Shown one piece after another: positions 1 to 9,046 of a stretch of DNA of 64,000 nt. Made by a program: the position numbers and the translations under genes. The stretch is from Candidatus Uhrbacteria bacterium CG10_big_fil_rev_8_21_14_0_10_48_11 (lineage in GTDB: Bacteria > Patescibacteriota > Patescibacteriia > GWA2-46-9): contig PFET01000012.1 in NCBI GenBank assembly GCA_002793855.1, forward strand, positions 6,222 through 70,221. Direction: 5' to 3'. The notes under the pieces were generated by a model. That model searched no databases, was not told the origin of the DNA, and was given only the letters and a program-made list of their open reading frames with translations. The number at the start of each line of letters is the position of its first letter. Position 1 is the first letter of the stretch.

Positions 1-391
1 AAGGCCGCCAAGTGTTCAGGATTACTATGCGGACTTTCTGCGGTAGACAACAACCCCATCAAATGCAGCCGACCACCATTTTCTTGCGCGTGCTTGGCCG
101 CAACGTGCAATGCTTCGTTTTTAAAAAAAGTACCGTTTTGAATGTCGCTCGTAATGCGCCGCACCTGCTGCTCGACCACACGTCCAGCGCCAAGATTCAT
201 ATGACCAGCTTCGGAGTTGCCAGCTTCTCCGTCCAAAAGCCCAACCGCCGCGCCGGAAGCGTTAAGCTCTGTCGCAACTCCAGCGGCAGTAATTACTTCT
301 AGATTACTCATCTTCGCTTGAGCAACAACGTTACCGTCGTAAGTGGACGCTATGCCAAAGCCATCCAAGATTGCAATGACAAGCGGACGAC
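1..391 (-). CDS. gpmI: 2,3-bisphosphoglycerate-independent phosphoglycerate mutase, N-terminal part (gene continues upstream of window)
   Basis: Minus-strand translation from the ATG at 391 gives MSRPLVIAILDGFGIASTYDG...HMNLGAGRVVEQQ, the conserved iPGM N-terminus. It is open to the window edge and is preferred over the 12..302 plus-strand ORF. Confidence 0.65.
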
Positions 392-1561
392 TCATAGCTC
401 GTGACGATTGGCCAGTTCGAGCAGTCGATTGTACTTGGCAACATGTCCTCCACTTCCGAAACCACCTAGCTCTACATACTCTGCGCCGGTAGCAAAAGCA
501 AAATCAATGAGAAAATCATCGAGCGTTTCTTTTGCGGAGGTACGCAAAATGCGAGGCACGTTCATACCCCTTGCTTTCACTGCATAGGCAAGCGCATCGC
601 CAATCGTTCGAAAATGCCACAAGTCAATGGCAGCCGCGCCAACCGCATGATTGGTGACTGCTTCGGTAAGTGCTCCGGCGTCTCTGTTGGCAACGTCGTT
701 GCGAAGAAAAAGCACTTGGTCTCCATACGTACCCTGCGCGCGCACCAGCGTTTGCTCGTCACGAAACGAATTCTCTACCATACCAATCGGGTAGCGCCGA
801 ATTAGCATATGGCAAAGATGAAGCATTCCTGCTTCGTCGTCTGACGTATCGGCCTCTTGCTCTTGCTGCAATGTCCGACCAAAATCTATGCCGATACGCA
901 CATCGTTACGGCGCAAACCGGCAGCATGGGTACTCTGTAATAATTGTGTAAGGGTATTATTAAGACCATCAACCGTTATCACTTCGTCGCTATTTTGTAG
1001 CGGTGCATTTGCTGACGCGGTAAACGCAGCGAGTGTCTTTCTGGCAAGATTCAGCAACGTTCTTATAGAGCGACGAGGACCACGAGAGGCTCGGGGATTT
1101 ATCGCCATGCGAACAGACCGAAACGCTCCAGTGTCATCTGTATGCACCAAAATAATAGGCACCGGCATTGCCCACCCCGGTCCAGAAAAAGGAGCAAACT
1201 CTCGCAAGTGTTCATACAGCTCACGGCCTGAAGCGCTAGCACCAACGCGAGCTACTGCCATTGAAAGTGCCCGAGCAAAAGGCGCCCAAGAATCTTGGTC
1301 GTCAAATTGCTCACACAACAAATTGATTTTTCGATCCACATCTGCCTGCTCAACCGCATCAAGACCGCGCAATGCTTTGAGTGTTTTTTCGTTTGCAAAG
1401 GTCATCGCCTCGGCAAATTGCTTGTCATTCATCTCGGCACAAGAAGCAACTGCCTCAGCTCGCTGTCCGGCAATAGTACGCACCCACGCTGTGATCGCTC
1501 GTCCTCCGTGGGCATCAAATACCTCACGAAAAGTTACGCTGTGTATCGCCGTTACTCTCAT
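392..1561 (-). CDS. Enolase-like paralog with substituted catalytic residues
   Basis: Collinear with the true enolase at 41562..42761: REVFDAHGGRAITAWV vs RKIFDSRGEPTIEVVA, MPVPIILVHTDD vs MPVP..NGGEHA, LRTSAKETLDD vs SHRSGETDD, VAKYNRLLEL vs INKYNELIRL. The GGEH Glu, the IIKP Lys, the SHRS His and the VKIG Lys are all replaced. Confidence 0.6.
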   Translation of the reverse strand: MRVTAIHSVTFREVFDAHGGRAITAWVRTIAGQRAEAVASCAEMNDKQFAEAMTFANEKTLKALRGLDAVEQADVDRKINLLCEQFDDQDSWAPFARALSMAVARVGASASGRELYEHLREFAPFSGPGWAMPVPIILVHTDDTGAFRSVRMAINPRASRGPRRSIRTLLNLARKTLAAFTASANAPLQNSDEVITVDGLNNTLTQLLQSTHAAGLRRNDVRIGIDFGRTLQQEQEADTSDDEAGMLHLCHMLIRRYPIGMVENSFRDEQTLVRAQGTYGDQVLFLRNDVANRDAGALTEAVTNHAVGAAAIDLWHFRTIGDALAYAVKARGMNVPRILRTSAKETLDDFLIDFAFATGAEYVELGGFGSGGHVAKYNRLLELANRHEL

Positions 1562-1563
1562 AG

Positions 1564-2805
1564 CTACTGCTTGCGATAAAGCGGCGGCACGGCGGCCAGT
1601 TCTTTTCCGGCAAGCAAGGTTGTCATGGCGCCTCCTCCGGTTGAACGATAGTCGACGTACGACTCCATTCCCGTACTCTTCAATACTTCAAGTGTATCGC
1701 CGCCACCGACAACACCAAACGCCGGCCCCTCAGAACGGGCAGCAATAAGCCAACCAAGCGACCGACTGCCTTGCGCGAACACTGGTTTTTCAAACATACC
1801 AACCGGCCCATTCCAAACAATCGTCGCTGCCGCCTTAATGATAGTTGCGTACTCGAGAACTGTCTTTGGCCCAATGTCGTAAATAATTTCTCCGGCTTTT
1901 ACTTTTTCACCATTTTCTAAATCAACTAAGCGAGGCATTGCTGTTGGACTTTTGGCTACCACTACATCTTTTGGTAAATGAATCAGCGCCTTCATCCCGC
2001 GACCAAAAAAGCGTCGCTGCTCTTTCAACAGTTTACGCAGTAGCACCTTCGATACTTTTTCTCCGACCGCTGATTTCCCAACCGGTATTTTTTGAATTTG
2101 TAAAAAAGTATTCGCCAACCCACCGCCAAGAAGAATGGCGCTTGTGTGCGGTGCCAGATTGGTAAGCACGGGAAGCTTATCCATTTTGATACCACCCATA
2201 AGAAGCACAAATGGTTTTTTGGGGTGAGAACGAACGTCTTCAAGTACCTTCAGTTCTCGAGCAAGTTGCCAGCCAGCGTAAGCAGGCAGCAGCTTAGCTA
2301 CGCCAAGCATCGAGGCGTGCGCACGATGTGAATTAGAAAAGCACTCGTTGACATAAACGTCACCAAGCGACGCAAGTTGTTTTGCAAATGCCGGATTGTT
2401 TGCCTCTTCTCCCGAAAAGAACCGCAAATTTTCTAATGCCAAAATATGCCCCAGCTCAATTTTTTTTGACCGCTTAGCAAGCAACCCAAAGTCATGAAGT
2501 AGCGAAAACGAAATATCCCCCACCTCGGGTGGCAGTAGCTGCTGTAGGCGCGAGATAACCGGTCGAAGCGATAGACTGGCAACGCGGCGACCGTGTGGCC
2601 GCCCGATATGGCCAACCAGTACAATTCTTGCTCTGGCCTTTGCTAAACGAACAATAGTGGACACCAACTGTTGCAGGCGAAAGTCATCTGCTACGAGCAA
2701 ACCGCCACGAGCTGTTTTTTCTAGCGGCACGTCAAGCGCGCCACGAAGGAGTACTCGCTTACCTGCCAGCTTTGCGTCGTCAGTAATTGTACGAAGTGTA
2801 CCCAT
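1564..2805 (-). CDS. pgk: Phosphoglycerate kinase
   Basis: 413 aa with the VLLRxDLDVP N-terminus and a GGGD..L C-terminal motif, in the gap-pgk operon. Confidence 0.93.
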   Translation of the reverse strand: MGTLRTITDDAKLAGKRVLLRGALDVPLEKTARGGLLVADDFRLQQLVSTIVRLAKARARIVLVGHIGRPHGRRVASLSLRPVISRLQQLLPPEVGDISFSLLHDFGLLAKRSKKIELGHILALENLRFFSGEEANNPAFAKQLASLGDVYVNECFSNSHRAHASMLGVAKLLPAYAGWQLARELKVLEDVRSHPKKPFVLLMGGIKMDKLPVLTNLAPHTSAILLGGGLANTFLQIQKIPVGKSAVGEKVSKVLLRKLLKEQRRFFGRGMKALIHLPKDVVVAKSPTAMPRLVDLENGEKVKAGEIIYDIGPKTVLEYATIIKAAATIVWNGPVGMFEKPVFAQGSRSLGWLIAARSEGPAFGVVGGGDTLEVLKSTGMESYVDYRSTGGGAMTTLLAGKELAAVPPLYRKQ

Positions 2806-2892
2806 GCTGCTAAAGAGTGTAGCACTTTTCTCTCCTGCTCGTCAGCGCAACTTACCAAAATAACGTACCCGCTTTTGGCGGGTACGGAAGTC

Positions 2893-3906
2893 TTAAATTG
2901 TTTTACCTACCAATTCTGCCATTTCTACCAGTCTATTGGCATAGCCCCACTCGTTGTCATACCAAGCCATTAGTTTCACAAGGTCACCATCAACGACTTT
3001 TGTTAGGCCAAGATCAACTATGGCAGAGTGGCTGTTGCCAATAATATCGTGGGATACTAACGGTTCGTCAGTAACGTCAAGAATCCCCTTCCAGCGCTTT
3101 TCCGCGGCCGCTTTTCGAAAGAGTTCATTAACGGCTTCAACCGTGGTTGGTTTTTTTACCACAAAGGTAAAGTCGGTAAGTGAGCCAACTGGGGTAGGAA
3201 CCCGAACCGAAAGTCCGTCAAATTTGTCGGTCAGTTCAGGAATTGTCTTGGTGGTAGCCACGGCAGCCCCCGTTGTTGTCGGCACGATATTGACAGCGGC
3301 AGCGCGTGCACGGCGCAAATCTTTATGCAGTGGTGGCGTCGGCCCATCAACCAAATTTTGTTCTGCAGTGTAGGAGTGAATAGTGGTGATAGCGCCCTTG
3401 CTAATACCCAACGCTTCTTCGAGGACCGCGGTTACCGGACCAACGCAGTTTGTTGTACAGGAGGCGTTCGAAACCATGGCGTCACTATCGTACTGACCAT
3501 GATTAACACCAAGCAGATAAGTTTTTGTTTCGCCGCCTTTGGTTGGCGCCGAGACAACGACACGCTTTGCGCCAGCTGTCAGGTGCGCGTTTGCAGCGTC
3601 ATCCCGAGTAAAACGACCGGTGCACTCTAGCACCACATCAACTTCATGCTTTCCCCATGGCAAAGTTGCCGGATCTTTCTCGGCAAAAACCTGGTACGAA
3701 ATACCGTCGACAATCAACTCGTGTTCGCTGTGGGTGATAGAGAAGGGCGCTCTTCCGTACACTGAGTCGTATTTTAAGAGTTGCGCCAAGGTTTCTGTGT
3801 CAGTTAAATCGTTGATAGCGACAATCTTAATAGCTGGATTGTTGAGCGCGATTTTAAATGCCGCCCGCCCGATTCTACCAAAACCGTTAATGGCAACCTT
3901 CAACAT
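2893..3906 (-). CDS. gap: Glyceraldehyde-3-phosphate dehydrogenase
   Basis: NGFGRIGR Rossmann motif, ASCTTNC active-site motif, 337 aa. Confidence 0.95.
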   Translation of the reverse strand: MLKVAINGFGRIGRAAFKIALNNPAIKIVAINDLTDTETLAQLLKYDSVYGRAPFSITHSEHELIVDGISYQVFAEKDPATLPWGKHEVDVVLECTGRFTRDDAANAHLTAGAKRVVVSAPTKGGETKTYLLGVNHGQYDSDAMVSNASCTTNCVGPVTAVLEEALGISKGAITTIHSYTAEQNLVDGPTPPLHKDLRRARAAAVNIVPTTTGAAVATTKTIPELTDKFDGLSVRVPTPVGSLTDFTFVVKKPTTVEAVNELFRKAAAEKRWKGILDVTDEPLVSHDIIGNSHSAIVDLGLTKVVDGDLVKLMAWYDNEWGYANRLVEMAELVGKTI

Positions 3907-3925
3907 AACGTTAACCTTGGGGTGA

Positions 3926-4525
3926 TTACTGTCCTATTTCGTAGCGCGTGAAGCGCTTGATTTGTACATTCTCCCCCACTTTTGCCGTTATAGCAACCAG
4001 AAGGTCTTTTATTGTCTGCGATTCTTCTTTGATAGAGGACTGAGCAAGAAGCGCTTCTGCTTCTACAAACTTAGCAAAACTTCCCTCTAAAATCTTATCA
4101 ATAATTGTGGCATCTTTGCCGGCCAACTTACCCTCCTCCTCAAGACGCTCTTTTGCCAAACTAAGTTCTTTTGCTTTCACCTCTTCGGGAATGTCCTCGA
4201 CTGATAGGTAACGTGGATTTGTTGCGGCTACCTGCAAAGCAATGTCATGTACAAACGACTGAAAGTCTTCGTTGCGAGCGACAAAGTCGGTTTCGCAAGC
4301 AACTTCAATCAACACGCCAACACGTCCGTTCCCGTGAACGTAGGCGTGTACGATGCCCTCACTGGTCTCTCTGTCTTGCTTCTTCAATGCTTTGGCTTGT
4401 CCTCGTTTCTTCAAAAGCTCAAGCGCTTTTGCCTGGTCACCACCAGCTTCTTCGAGTGCTTTATGAATGTCGGAAATGCCCGCACCGGTTTCTCGGCGCA
4501 AGGCAACAATGGTTTCTTTTGTCAT
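3926..4525 (-). CDS. tsf: Elongation factor Ts (short form)
   Basis: N-terminal UBA-like LRxxTGAGxxDxKKAL motif, 199 aa, directly downstream of rpsB. Confidence 0.88.
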   Translation of the reverse strand: MTKETIVALRRETGAGISDIHKALEEAGGDQAKALELLKKRGQAKALKKQDRETSEGIVHAYVHGNGRVGVLIEVACETDFVARNEDFQSFVHDIALQVAATNPRYLSVEDIPEEVKAKELSLAKERLEEEGKLAGKDATIIDKILEGSFAKFVEAEALLAQSSIKEESQTIKDLLVAITAKVGENVQIKRFTRYEIGQ

Positions 4526-4576
4526 AGTACTAACGCTATTAAAATAAATCCCCCCTGACTTCGTGCCGCGCGGGCA

Positions 4577-5365
4577 CTAGACGCTTGCCTTAGTCGCCGC
4601 TGGTGGAACCGACGGACTACTAACGCGTCGGGCAGTGCCACGCTTTACGGCGGCGGCGGCTTCGTCAATCATAAGTTTTAGCGAACCAACGGCATCGTCG
4701 TTTCCCGCAATTGGATACTGAACCAGATCCGGATTGGTATTCGTGTCACAAACAGCAACAATCGGAACGCCAACTTTGTTTGCTTCACCAACGGCAGTGC
4801 GCTCTCGACGTACGTCGATAAGGAAAATTGCTTCCGGCATACGTTCTAGCTTTGCGATACCACCAATGACGCCTTCCAGTCTATTGTACTCTCGCTCCCG
4901 CTCTAGCCGCTCTTTCTTTGTCATATTTTCAAATGACTTCTGTTCAATCATCCGGCCAAGTTCTTTATGGCGTGCAATCATTTTACCGATAACCGCAAAG
5001 TTCGTAAGCATCCCACCAATCCACCGATCGTGTACGTAAGGCATAGCAACCGCCTCCGCGCTACTCTTCACGTAGTTCTGAATTTGTTTCTTGGTGCCTA
5101 CAAAAAGCACATTTCCACCCTTTACAACAATGTCCTCAATAAACTTCATTGCCTTATCCATCTGCTGCCGAGTCACTTCCAGATTGATGATGTGTATCCC
5201 TTGTCTTGCAGTAAAGATAAAAGGTCGCATTTTTGGATGCCACTTAGAAGTCAAATGTCCGAAATGAACACCCGCTTTTAGCATCTCTAAAATGCTCGGC
5301 GAGGAGTTCGCCTGCTTTTCTTTATCGGCAGTGGTGACGGGACTTGTTGCTGTAGGTTCAATCAT
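4577..5365 (-). CDS. rpsB: 30S ribosomal protein S2
   Basis: MPYVHDRWIGGMLTNF motif; rpsB-tsf synteny. Confidence 0.95.
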   Translation of the reverse strand: MIEPTATSPVTTADKEKQANSSPSILEMLKAGVHFGHLTSKWHPKMRPFIFTARQGIHIINLEVTRQQMDKAMKFIEDIVVKGGNVLFVGTKKQIQNYVKSSAEAVAMPYVHDRWIGGMLTNFAVIGKMIARHKELGRMIEQKSFENMTKKERLEREREYNRLEGVIGGIAKLERMPEAIFLIDVRRERTAVGEANKVGVPIVAVCDTNTNPDLVQYPIAGNDDAVGSLKLMIDEAAAAVKRGTARRVSSPSVPPAATKASV

Positions 5366-5463
5366 ACGTAAGATAATCCACGCTTAACGGCGTAGGGTAA
5401 GGAAAAATGCTCTAAAAATAGCAAACGCTCTCGCAATACATACGAGAGGAAAGAGCCTGAATG

Positions 5464-5492
5464 AGTATAACAGCTAGCAGAAATATTGGCAA
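5464..5492 (-). promoter_or_regulatory. Sigma70-like promoter for rpsB (TTGCCA-17-TATACT) followed by a roughly 100-nt structured leader
   Basis: Hexamers read on the minus strand. The leader contains a ctctcg..cgagag hairpin. Confidence 0.4.
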
Positions 5493-5526
5493 GCCATTCA
5501 AAAACTCTTACGCGGAACCCGTAGCC

Positions 5527-5555
5527 TTGCCAAACAGCAATGGCTTTGCTACTAT
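5527..5555 (+). promoter_or_regulatory. Promoter for rpmE (TTGCCA-17-TACTAT), giving a 5'UTR of about 9 nt
   Basis: Exact 17-nt spacer. The -10 ends 9 nt before the ATG at 5565. Confidence 0.45.
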
Positions 5556-5564
5556 CCTCACACT

Positions 5565-5891
5565 ATGAAAACAGCTATCCACCCAACCTATCACCCAAAG
5601 GCAACGGTTGTCTGCGCTTGCGGCAATACGTTTACTGTCGGTGCCACCGAACCTGAATTGCAGGTTGAACTTTGCAGTAATTGTCACCCCTTCTATACCG
5701 GCAAACAAAAACTTGTTGACACCGCACGAAGAGTTGATAAGTTTCAAAAACGTATTGAAGCACAAACAACCGCAGCAGAAGGTAAGCGCGGAAAAAAGGC
5801 AAAGCGAACGCTTCGCGCCTCTAAGCGTACACGAAAAGTTGACGAGTCGGCTAAAGTAACCGGCAAGAAACGTCCGCAAGCCGCAGCCTAG
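5565..5891 (+). CDS. rpmE: 50S ribosomal protein L31
   Basis: [10 protein letters not shown]...[13 protein letters not shown] zinc-ribbon L31 signature. Confidence 0.9.
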   Translation: MKTAIHPTYHPKATVVCACGNTFTVGATEPELQVELCSNCHPFYTGKQKLVDTARRVDKFQKRIEAQTTAAEGKRGKKAKRTLRASKRTRKVDESAKVTGKKRPQAAA

Positions 5892-5930
5892 CTGCAACGG
5901 GGCGTCTTTGCCTGGTGGCAGACGATACCT

Positions 5931-7007
5931 GTGGTATCTCACATTGACCAGAAAAAGCTGAAAGAGCAAGTGCTTGCGCTTGAAGATCGGTTGGCTGCTT
6001 TGGGTGCTTCGCACGACCAAGCGGCATTTCGTCGTGTCTCCAAAGAATACCGAGAACAAAAAGAGCTCCTCGAGATGATGGAAGAGCATGATCAGTTGAC
6101 CACCGAACGAGACGGGGCAAAGCTCATGGCTCAACACGAAAAAGACGAAACACTACGAGCGCTTGCCGAAGAAGAGCTTACGTCGCTCAGTGAAAAAATA
6201 ATGACACTTGAACAGTCGCTGGATGAACTGCTACATCCTGCCGATCCGCTCGACAAAAAAAACATCATTATTGAAATTAGGGCCGCAGCCGGTGGTGACG
6301 AGGCAGCCCTTTTCGCCGCGCAGCTCTTTCGTATGTACGCACGCTATGCCGAAGATCATAAATGGAAAACCACGCTCATTAGCCAAAACAGAACCGGCAT
6401 TGGGGGCTACAAAGAAGTCATTTTTTCGATTGAGGGAGATAGAGTCTACAGTCGATTGCGCTACGAAAGTGGCGTTCACCGTGTACAACGTGTTCCGGAA
6501 ACCGAGAAGAGCGGTCGTGTTCATACCTCAACAGCAACCGTTGCCGTACTCCCTGAGGCGGATGAAGTTGATATTAAAATCGACCCGAAAGATTTGGATG
6601 TTAAAGCCTCTACCGCCGGCGGGCATGGTGGGCAGTCGGTAAACACTACTTACTCAGCTATTCGAATCGTACACCTACCTACCGGCATGGTGGTGCAGTG
6701 TCAGGACGAACGCAGTTTTCAGCAAAATAAGCTAAAAGCAATGGAAGTATTGCGCGCACGACTTCTGGCGATGGAACAAGAAAAACAAACCGCCTCAGAG
6801 GCAAGCAACCGCAAAGCGCAGGTAGGAAGCGGCGAACGGTCTGAAAAAATACGCACCTATAACATCCCACAAGATCGCGTTACCGATCACCGGCTGACAG
6901 AAAATTTCCACGATGTCCCGCACATTCTAGGCGGTAATCTTGACCCCATTATTGATAAACTTAAAACAGTTGAGCGTAGTAACCATGACCGTTCGGCAGC
7001 TCTGTAA
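5931..7007 (+). CDS. prfA: Peptide chain release factor 1 (GTG start)
   Basis: GGQ motif ([12 protein letters not shown]) and RF1-type PxT region; 358 aa. Confidence 0.93.
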   Translation: MVSHIDQKKLKEQVLALEDRLAALGASHDQAAFRRVSKEYREQKELLEMMEEHDQLTTERDGAKLMAQHEKDETLRALAEEELTSLSEKIMTLEQSLDELLHPADPLDKKNIIIEIRAAAGGDEAALFAAQLFRMYARYAEDHKWKTTLISQNRTGIGGYKEVIFSIEGDRVYSRLRYESGVHRVQRVPETEKSGRVHTSTATVAVLPEADEVDIKIDPKDLDVKASTAGGHGGQSVNTTYSAIRIVHLPTGMVVQCQDERSFQQNKLKAMEVLRARLLAMEQEKQTASEASNRKAQVGSGERSEKIRTYNIPQDRVTDHRLTENFHDVPHILGGNLDPIIDKLKTVERSNHDRSAAL

Positions 7008-7830
7008 CGAAAGCAAGCTAAGCTACCAAGACGCAGAATATCTACTGGCACACGTCCTTGGTCTACCAAGAGAAACACTGCTTACCCATCCGGAACAAAA
7101 AGTAGGCGTACTGCGAACAATGCTTTTTAAATGGCTTACAAAAAGACGTCGACGCCATACCCCTTTGACATACCTTACGCACAAATGCTACTTTTACAAT
7201 CACCAGTTCTTGGTCAATCGACACGTTCTTATCCCACGACACACTACCGAAATACTTGTTGAAAAAGCGCTCGCTATTATTAAAAAAGAGGGATCAATTC
7301 GGACGGTTGTCGATATTGGCACTGGAAGCGGGGCAATCATTATTTCGGTAGCGCTTGGCCTTAGCCGCGACGAGCAACAGCGTGTTAGCTTCCATGCCTC
7401 TGACCTCCACCGTACCGCGCTGCGGGTAGCCAAAAAAAATGCGCTGCGCCTAGGCATTAGCAATATTCACTGGCACTACGGTGATCTACTGCGGCCACTC
7501 CTCCCGACATTGCAGAAAGCTAGCGGCACAACACTGCTTACCGCTAACCTCCCCTATCTCGGAGATAGTGACTTTACAAGCACGAAGCCAGAAGTACAAA
7601 ATTTTGAGCCCGCAACCTCGCTGCGTAGCGGTTCCCTTGGTCTCGATCACAACCAGCGTCTTATCAACGAGCTTTCTTTGCTGCCTTCGCCACGACCAAA
7701 ACTACTCTTCGAAATGGACCCTTGTCACCAAGACGAGCTGGTAAAATACATCACCACGCGACTACCCAATGCGGCAATTGAAGTTATTGACGACGAAGCG
7801 AAGCACCCGCGTTTTATCTTTGTTTGCTAA
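6985..7830 (+). CDS. prmC: Release factor glutamine N5-methyltransferase (HemK/PrmC)
   Basis: [12 protein letters not shown] motif and NLPY (TANLPYL) motif. The start was chosen at MTVRQLCNE, overlapping the prfA stop; the track ORF begins at 6940. Confidence 0.85.
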   Translation: MTVRQLCNESKLSYQDAEYLLAHVLGLPRETLLTHPEQKVGVLRTMLFKWLTKRRRRHTPLTYLTHKCYFYNHQFLVNRHVLIPRHTTEILVEKALAIIKKEGSIRTVVDIGTGSGAIIISVALGLSRDEQQRVSFHASDLHRTALRVAKKNALRLGISNIHWHYGDLLRPLLPTLQKASGTTLLTANLPYLGDSDFTSTKPEVQNFEPATSLRSGSLGLDHNQRLINELSLLPSPRPKLLFEMDPCHQDELVKYITTRLPNAAIEVIDDEAKHPRFIFVC

Positions 7831-7844
7831 CGGCTGGTAAAAAC

Positions 7845-7873
7845 AAAAAACCCGCCGCAGCGGGTTTTTTTTT
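7845..7873. terminator. Bidirectional intrinsic terminator between prmC(+) and rplY(-)
   Basis: aaaaaa-CCCGC-cgca-GCGGG-ttttttttt, with A-run and T-run flanks. Confidence 0.85.
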
Positions 7874-7887
7874 GACCAAAAAAGTTA

Positions 7888-8577
7888 TTATTTGTCTTCG
7901 GTCTTCTTTGTGTCTGCGTCTGACTTCTCTTCTCCTTCTGCGTCTTCAGTTTTGCCTTTCTTTTCAACCTCAACCTCTGACACATCAGCAGCCACAACAG
8001 GAGTTTCCTCTTCTTCCTTACGGGGTGGGTGTACGGCAACCACAACCGTTTCAGGATCATTAGTAATAGCAACACCATTTGGGGTTGGGACATCTTTTAC
8101 GTGCAGTGCGTCGTCGATATTCGCAAGCACCCCTAAATCAACGGTAAGCTCGTGAACCAGGTCAGAAGGCAGACATTCAATTTCAACGTGATCAAGCGCT
8201 TTTACTAGCACACCACCTTGTTCTTTGACTGCTGGTGATTCACCAGAAAATGCCAAAGCAACCGTAGCGGTAAGCGTTTTCTTCATGTTAACCCTATAGA
8301 AATCAACGTGCTCAATGTCACCAGTCACCGGTTGTCGCTGCACATCATGGATGAGCACGACAAAAGGGGCAGCGTCACCAACACTTAAATCAACAAGGCT
8401 GCTTTCTCCTGCTGCGTTGAAAAGCTTTTGAAACTGACCAAGAGTAATCGCTACATCTATATTTTTTTTACCCTGCCCATAGACAACGCCAGGAATGATC
8501 CCCTCGCTTCGCAACCCTTTATTCTTCTTACCAAAAACCGTCCGCTGTTGGACGGCCAAACTAAACTTTTGTGCCAT
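7888..8577 (-). CDS. rplY: 50S ribosomal protein L25 / general stress protein Ctc, with an acidic C-terminal tail
   Basis: L25 beta-barrel N-terminus (MAQKFSLAVQQRTVFGKKNKGLR...). Start placed at the internal Met so it does not overlap the upstream gene. Confidence 0.85.
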   Translation of the reverse strand: MAQKFSLAVQQRTVFGKKNKGLRSEGIIPGVVYGQGKKNIDVAITLGQFQKLFNAAGESSLVDLSVGDAAPFVVLIHDVQRQPVTGDIEHVDFYRVNMKKTLTATVALAFSGESPAVKEQGGVLVKALDHVEIECLPSDLVHELTVDLGVLANIDDALHVKDVPTPNGVAITNDPETVVVAVHPPRKEEEETPVVAADVSEVEVEKKGKTEDAEGEEKSDADTKKTEDK

Positions 8578-8587
8578 CTCGATTAAG

Positions 8588-8917
8588 TTATATGATCGTA
8601 AATGAACCGTCGGCAATCGCCTCGTGAAGGGCAAGTACGTCATCAGCCGTTACTGGCTGGCGCTCTTTAGCAAGTACTTCGTCACTTGCTAAATCGGTCA
8701 ATATCCCAACTGAGTTCACGCCGAACATGTTTGCAAAGATGAGCGCCACTACAGCGCTCTTGCACTTTACGCAGGGCACGTGCAAAAGGTACGCATCTTC
8801 CTTTTCAGCAATCACCTTGGCGGCGCTGGGCTGATACCGTGTCTGGCACAGCGGGCAGCGAGCCATAAGGCGAAAGCCTTCTTGGAAAAACGACCGATCC
8901 AAATCATGCATTGCCAT
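8588..8917 (-). CDS. Hypothetical CxxC..CxxC zinc-ribbon protein (about 109 aa)
   Basis: CPLCQ...CVKCKS motifs. A TTGACA-17-TATAGT promoter lies inside the longer track ORF, so the start was moved to MAMHDLDR. Confidence 0.45.
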   Translation of the reverse strand: MAMHDLDRSFFQEGFRLMARCPLCQTRYQPSAAKVIAEKEDAYLLHVPCVKCKSAVVALIFANMFGVNSVGILTDLASDEVLAKERQPVTADDVLALHEAIADGSFTII

Positions 8918-8933
8918 AATAAAGTACGGGCGA

Positions 8934-8962
8934 ACTATATCAGGTGAGAGAACAAGTGTCAA
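8934..8962 (-). promoter_or_regulatory. Promoter TTGACA-17-TATAGT driving the zinc-ribbon gene and rplY
   Basis: Near-consensus hexamers on the minus strand, with the 5'UTR running from about 8927 to 8918. Confidence 0.5.
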
Positions 8963-8967
8963 GAAAA

Positions 8968-9040
8968 TGAAATCGGGGCGGCCAGCTTGTAAGCCGTCCG
9001 CCCCGACAGTCTTTCCACTCCGTCCTCCTGAGGGAGTGGC
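8968..9040 (-). terminator. Two stem-loops downstream of leuA (putative terminator)
   Basis: ggggcgg..ccgcccc and ccactcc..ggagtgg inverted repeats immediately 3' of the leuA stop. Confidence 0.4.
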
Positions 9041-9046
9041 CGCTCT

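Noticed and set aside
12-302. 96-aa plus-strand ORF at the window start
   Set aside because: The opposite strand encodes a coherent iPGM N-terminus (MSRPLVIAILDGFG...). The plus-strand ORF has no family resemblance and looks like an antisense artefact.
888-1748. 286-aa plus-strand ORF antisense to the enolase-like gene and pgk
   Set aside because: Ser/Ala/Arg-rich low-complexity translation; overlaps two well-supported minus-strand genes.
5508-6137. 209-aa minus-strand ORF overlapping rpmE and prfA
   Set aside because: Antisense to two clearly identified genes; no motif.
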